In this document: positions 59,800-64,000 of the stretch, one piece after another
How positions within the stretch are numbered: the first letter of the stretch is position 1
Layout of the letters: each line of letters opens with the position of its first letter
DNA from: Candidatus Eiseniibacteriota bacterium
GTDB taxonomy: Bacteria > Eisenbacteria > RBG-16-71-46 > CAIMUX01 > VGJL01
Direction of reading: 5' to 3'
NCBI GenBank assembly: GCA_041946735.1
Contig: JBHGAY010000008.1
Span: 32,001 to 96,000 of the forward strand
DNA length: 64,000 bases
Notes under the pieces: generated by a model
The model's database searches: none
Seen by the model: the letters and a program-made list of their open reading frames with translations, nothing else
What the model was told of the DNA's origin: nothing
Made by a program: the position numbers and the translations under genes

Positions 59800-61317
59800 A
59801 TGCGCGGGAGGTCGCTCGGCTTGGTAGGCGAATCGGCGGCGGCACGCGGGCTCGACTTCGGTCCGCGCTTTCTGCGCCGCATCCTCGTCACGACGACCTG
59901 GCTCGGTGGGGTCGTCTTCCTCTGCGTCGCCGTCTACGTGGGTCTTGGCGCGGCCCTCGCCTGGATCGCCGGCGTCGCGCTCGGCCTCGCCGACCTCCAT
60001 CTGCTCGATCGTCTTCTCGCCGAGGCGATGGGGGCGCGTCGAAAGCCCGCGCTCGTCCTCCTGGGCTTCCTCAAGGTGATCGGGATCTACGCCGCCGGCG
60101 CTGTTCTGCTCTTCGTCCTGCGGCTCTCTCCCTGGTATCTGCTCGCCGGCTTCTCCCTCTTTCTCGCCGTGATCTTCCTGAAGGTCCTCGGACGGCTCCT
60201 TCTCTCCTCCTCTCCGATGCGGAAGGACCGAGATGGCCCGGGCGGCCCCTGGCTGCGCCAAGGCCCGGGGCGTGGCCTCCTCCTCGTTCTCGCGTTCGCC
60301 GGCAGCCTCGCTCTCGGGGGAGCGGCGAGTGTCGCGCACGCGCAGGCTTCCACCGAGCACGGAGCCGCGGCGGTCGCGCAGGCTTCCCCCGAGCACGGAG
60401 CCGCGGCGGCCGCGCCACACGAGGCGGTGGCTCCGGACGGCCTGCCGGCGGGGAGCGACGTCGAGGAGGCGGCGGAGGAGACCACCGCGGAGCACGCGGA
60501 GGCGCACGGGGGTGGCGAAGAGGCTGCCCACGAGGGCCCGATGCTCGAGCTCCCCGACCTCTTTCACAATCTGGAGGCGTACTTCGGAGGCACGGGAGAG
60601 CAGCCTGCCGGCATCATCGACTACCTGTTCCTCTGGAGAGGCCCGATCTTCGCGCTGATCATCCTGCTCACCATCGCGACGCTCCTGCTTCGCGGAGCCG
60701 CGCGCCGCGCGATGATCCCCGGCGGCTTCCAGAATGCGGTCGAGTATGTCGTCGAGGCGTTCTACGACTTCACCTACGGGATCCTGGGACACCACGCGAA
60801 GGAGTTCGCGCCGTTCCTCGGGACGCTGTTCCTCTATATCTGGTTCATGAATCTCTCGGGGCTCGTGCCGCTCTTCAAGGCGCCGACCTCCCTCTTCGAG
60901 ACGACCCTCGCGCTCGCGCTGGTCGTCTTCCTGTACGTGCAGTGGACCGGGATCCGCAAGCTCGGCCTGCTCCGCTACCTGCATCACTTCGCCGGTTCGC
61001 CGTCGGACGTGATGGGATGGTGCATGGTCCCGCTGATGTTCCCGCTGCACCTGATCGGCGAAGTCGCGAAGCCGGTCTCCCTCTCGCTTCGACTCTTCGG
61101 CAACATCATGGGAGAGGACGTTCTGATCGCGATCTTCACCTGGCTCGGCGTCGCGATGCTGGCCGCGATCGGGTCTCCGATCGGAATCCCGCTCGAGTTC
61201 CCGTTCATCTTCCTGGGGCTCTTGCTCTCGACGATTCAGGCCCTGGTGTTCACGCTGCTCAGCGCCATCTACTTCTCGCAGATGCTCCCGCACGAAGAGG
61301 AGCATGGGGCTCATTGA
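59800..61317 (+). CDS. atpB: ATP synthase F0 subunit a with an N-terminal AtpI-like domain fused in frame
   Basis: C-terminal half: PGGFQNAVE, FLYIWFMNLSGLVP, KPVSLSLRLFGN (essential Arg), IQALVFTLLSAIY. N-terminal ~135 aa has 4 hydrophobic segments like AtpI. Confidence 0.9.
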   Translation: MRGRSLGLVGESAAARGLDFGPRFLRRILVTTTWLGGVVFLCVAVYVGLGAALAWIAGVALGLADLHLLDRLLAEAMGARRKPALVLLGFLKVIGIYAAGAVLLFVLRLSPWYLLAGFSLFLAVIFLKVLGRLLLSSSPMRKDRDGPGGPWLRQGPGRGLLLVLAFAGSLALGGAASVAHAQASTEHGAAAVAQASPEHGAAAAAPHEAVAPDGLPAGSDVEEAAEETTAEHAEAHGGGEEAAHEGPMLELPDLFHNLEAYFGGTGEQPAGIIDYLFLWRGPIFALIILLTIATLLLRGAARRAMIPGGFQNAVEYVVEAFYDFTYGILGHHAKEFAPFLGTLFLYIWFMNLSGLVPLFKAPTSLFETTLALALVVFLYVQWTGIRKLGLLRYLHHFAGSPSDVMGWCMVPLMFPLHLIGEVAKPVSLSLRLFGNIMGEDVLIAIFTWLGVAMLAAIGSPIGIPLEFPFIFLGLLLSTIQALVFTLLSAIYFSQMLPHEEEHGAH

Positions 61318-61378
61318 CGTTGGACACGGGCGGCCTCATGCGCCGGCCGTTCTTCAGCAAGCAAGGAGGTAGGCAGAC

Positions 61379-61609
61379 ATGACCGGTACGCTTCTTCACT
61401 TGGCGCTCCCCCTCGGCCTCGGGATCGCCGCATTCGGATCCGCCATCGGCCTCGGCCGCGCCGTCGGCAGCGCGATGGAGGCGATGGGCCGGCAGCCGGA
61501 AGCTGCCGGGAAGATCCAGGTCGGCATGGTGATCGGTTGCGCCTTCATCGAGGCGCTCACGATCTACGCCCTCGTCACCGTCTTCGTGCTCCAGGGAAGG
61601 CTCGGCTAG
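61379..61609 (+). CDS. atpE: ATP synthase F0 subunit c (H+-type)
   Basis: GxGxxAxG, GRQPEA loop, FIEALTIY. SD AAGGAGGT. Confidence 0.96.
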   Translation: MTGTLLHLALPLGLGIAAFGSAIGLGRAVGSAMEAMGRQPEAAGKIQVGMVIGCAFIEALTIYALVTVFVLQGRLG

Positions 61610-61703
61610 CAGGACCAGAACCGTCTCGGAATCGACGGGAAGGCGGGACGTCGCGCTCAGCGGCGCTTGCGCGCCAGGCGGACTCCGAACGGGGGAGAGA
61701 GCG

Positions 61704-62216
61704 ATGGCAGCGGAAGTCAACGTACTGAATCCACACTGGAGCGAGGTCGCGACCCATGCGGTCGCCTTCGCCTTCGCGGTCGCCGTGCTCCGGCGCTACG
61801 CGTGGAAGCCGATCCTGGGGCTTCTCGAGGAGCGCCGCGCGAAGATCGTGTCGGACTTCGATGCGATCGAGAAGGGGAAGACGGCGAACGCGCAGATCCG
61901 CGCCGAGTACGAGCGCGAGCTTAAGACGATCGACCAGCAGGCGCGCGCCAAGATCCAGGAGGCGGTCGGAGAGGGACAGCGGGTCGCGGGCGAGATCCGC
62001 GAGCATGCGCGCCAGGAGTCGCGAGAGCTGATGCAGCGCGCGAAGGAGGAGATCGAGATCGAGAAGGACAAGGCGGAGGTCGCGCTGAAGGAGGACATGG
62101 TTCGCATGTCCCTCACGGCGGCCGAGAAGCTGCTCCGCTCGAAGCTCGACGACGCGACGCACAGGCGCCTGATCTCCGATGCGATCGACGACATGATGAG
62201 GATGCAGCTGACGTGA
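61704..62216 (+). CDS. atpF: ATP synthase F0 subunit b
   Basis: N-terminal TM, YAWKPILGLLEERR, long coiled coil, AAEKLL. Confidence 0.93.
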   Translation: MAAEVNVLNPHWSEVATHAVAFAFAVAVLRRYAWKPILGLLEERRAKIVSDFDAIEKGKTANAQIRAEYERELKTIDQQARAKIQEAVGEGQRVAGEIREHARQESRELMQRAKEEIEIEKDKAEVALKEDMVRMSLTAAEKLLRSKLDDATHRRLISDAIDDMMRMQLT

Positions 62217-62761
62217 TCGACGAGGGCGTCGGAAAGCGTTACGCGCAGGCGCTGTTCGGAGCCGCCGAGAAGGCGGGAGAGCTGGACGCGGTCCAGTCGG
62301 ACTTGGACAGCCTCGAGGCGCTTCTCGAGAAGGATGAGAGTCTCATCCGCTTCCTCGAGTCGCCGCGCGAGCTGGACGAGGAGAAGGTCCATCTCGTCGA
62401 GATGCTCTTCCGCGGCCGCACGACCGGCCTGTTCGTGAGGCTTCTGCTCCTGCTCCTCGAGAAGAAGCGGATCCTCCATCTCCGGGACATTGCGCGGCAG
62501 TACCGTCATCTGCTCGAGGAGCATCGGGGGATCGCCGAGGCGATCGTGACGACCGCTGTTCCGCTGCCGAAGGATCTCGAGCCGCGGCTCGTGCAGGAGC
62601 TGGAACGAATCTTCGAGCGGAAGATCCGCATCCGCCCGCGGATCGATCCGCGGATCATCGGCGGAGTGGTCGTGATGGTCGAGGGCAAGGTCATCGACCG
62701 GTCGGTGCGACACGACATCGACCGGATGCGCGAGGAGCTGCTCGCCACGCCTGTCGTGTAG
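62213..62761 (+). CDS. atpH: ATP synthase F1 subunit delta
   Basis: [33 protein letters not shown]. Confidence 0.95.
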   Translation: MIDEGVGKRYAQALFGAAEKAGELDAVQSDLDSLEALLEKDESLIRFLESPRELDEEKVHLVEMLFRGRTTGLFVRLLLLLLEKKRILHLRDIARQYRHLLEEHRGIAEAIVTTAVPLPKDLEPRLVQELERIFERKIRIRPRIDPRIIGGVVVMVEGKVIDRSVRHDIDRMREELLATPVV

Positions 62762-62910
62762 AAGCGAGCGCCGGCGCCTAGGAAGTGCGCGAAGCGTCGC
62801 GTAACGAGGCGCCGCGCCGGACGGCCCGAGGTTCGATCCGTCGGAATCTGGGTAGACATTTCCGATGCGCACGCGGCGCGATTGCCGGCGGCGCGAGAAG
62901 GGTGAACGAG

Positions 62911-64000
<1,090 letters not shown>

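Noticed and set aside
2503..61314. Long antisense or alternate-frame ORFs (e.g. 2503..4338, 6016..8592, 30450..33296, 51273..53822, 54383..56713, 59230..61314, 59424..61382)
   Set aside because: They overlap well-supported genes and have no recognisable motifs, as expected from stop-codon scarcity in high-GC DNA.
61379..61609. Na+-translocating ATP synthase
   Set aside because: Subunit c has E-A-L rather than the E-S/T motif and lacks the helix-1 Gln, consistent with H+ coupling.
62820..62850. GGTTCGATCC T-loop-like motif suggesting a tRNA
   Set aside because: No acceptor stem, D-arm or anticodon arm can be built around it.

Overview
A very GC-rich bacterial chromosomal region, densely coding and mostly housekeeping or envelope related: argS, an M16 peptidase pair, PBP1b, ychF, a TolC/MFP/RND efflux operon, acs, an nfuA-like gene, msrPQ, and the 5' half of the F0F1 ATP synthase operon. 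Five secreted proteins end in T9SS/FlgD-like C-terminal domains, which suggests an FCB-group organism such as a candidate-phylum Eisenbacteria/Latescibacteria-like lineage (inference). No rRNA, tRNA, CRISPR array, integrase or transposase was seen. Two features are hidden by the ORF track. (1) At 26371-27453 a signal-peptide, Omp28/thioredoxin-like gene is split by one in-frame TGA at the first Cys position of the redox motif (W-U-L-Y-C) and is followed by a SECIS-like hairpin, so it is a probable secreted selenoprotein with a T9SS-like sorting domain. (2) At 59800-61317 a single ORF fuses an AtpI-like membrane protein, through an internal signal-peptide/AHA cleavage site and a His/Glu-rich linker, to ATP synthase subunit a, a possible polyprotein. 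Other oddities: two proteins with long R/D/E-rich disordered tails, variant or orphan peptidase homologues (DUF885 with HDGxPGHH, HycI-like), orphan CrtC-like and ThiH-like genes, and recurrent short tandem duplications in intergenic DNA. All family assignments come from recognising motifs by eye; no searches were run.
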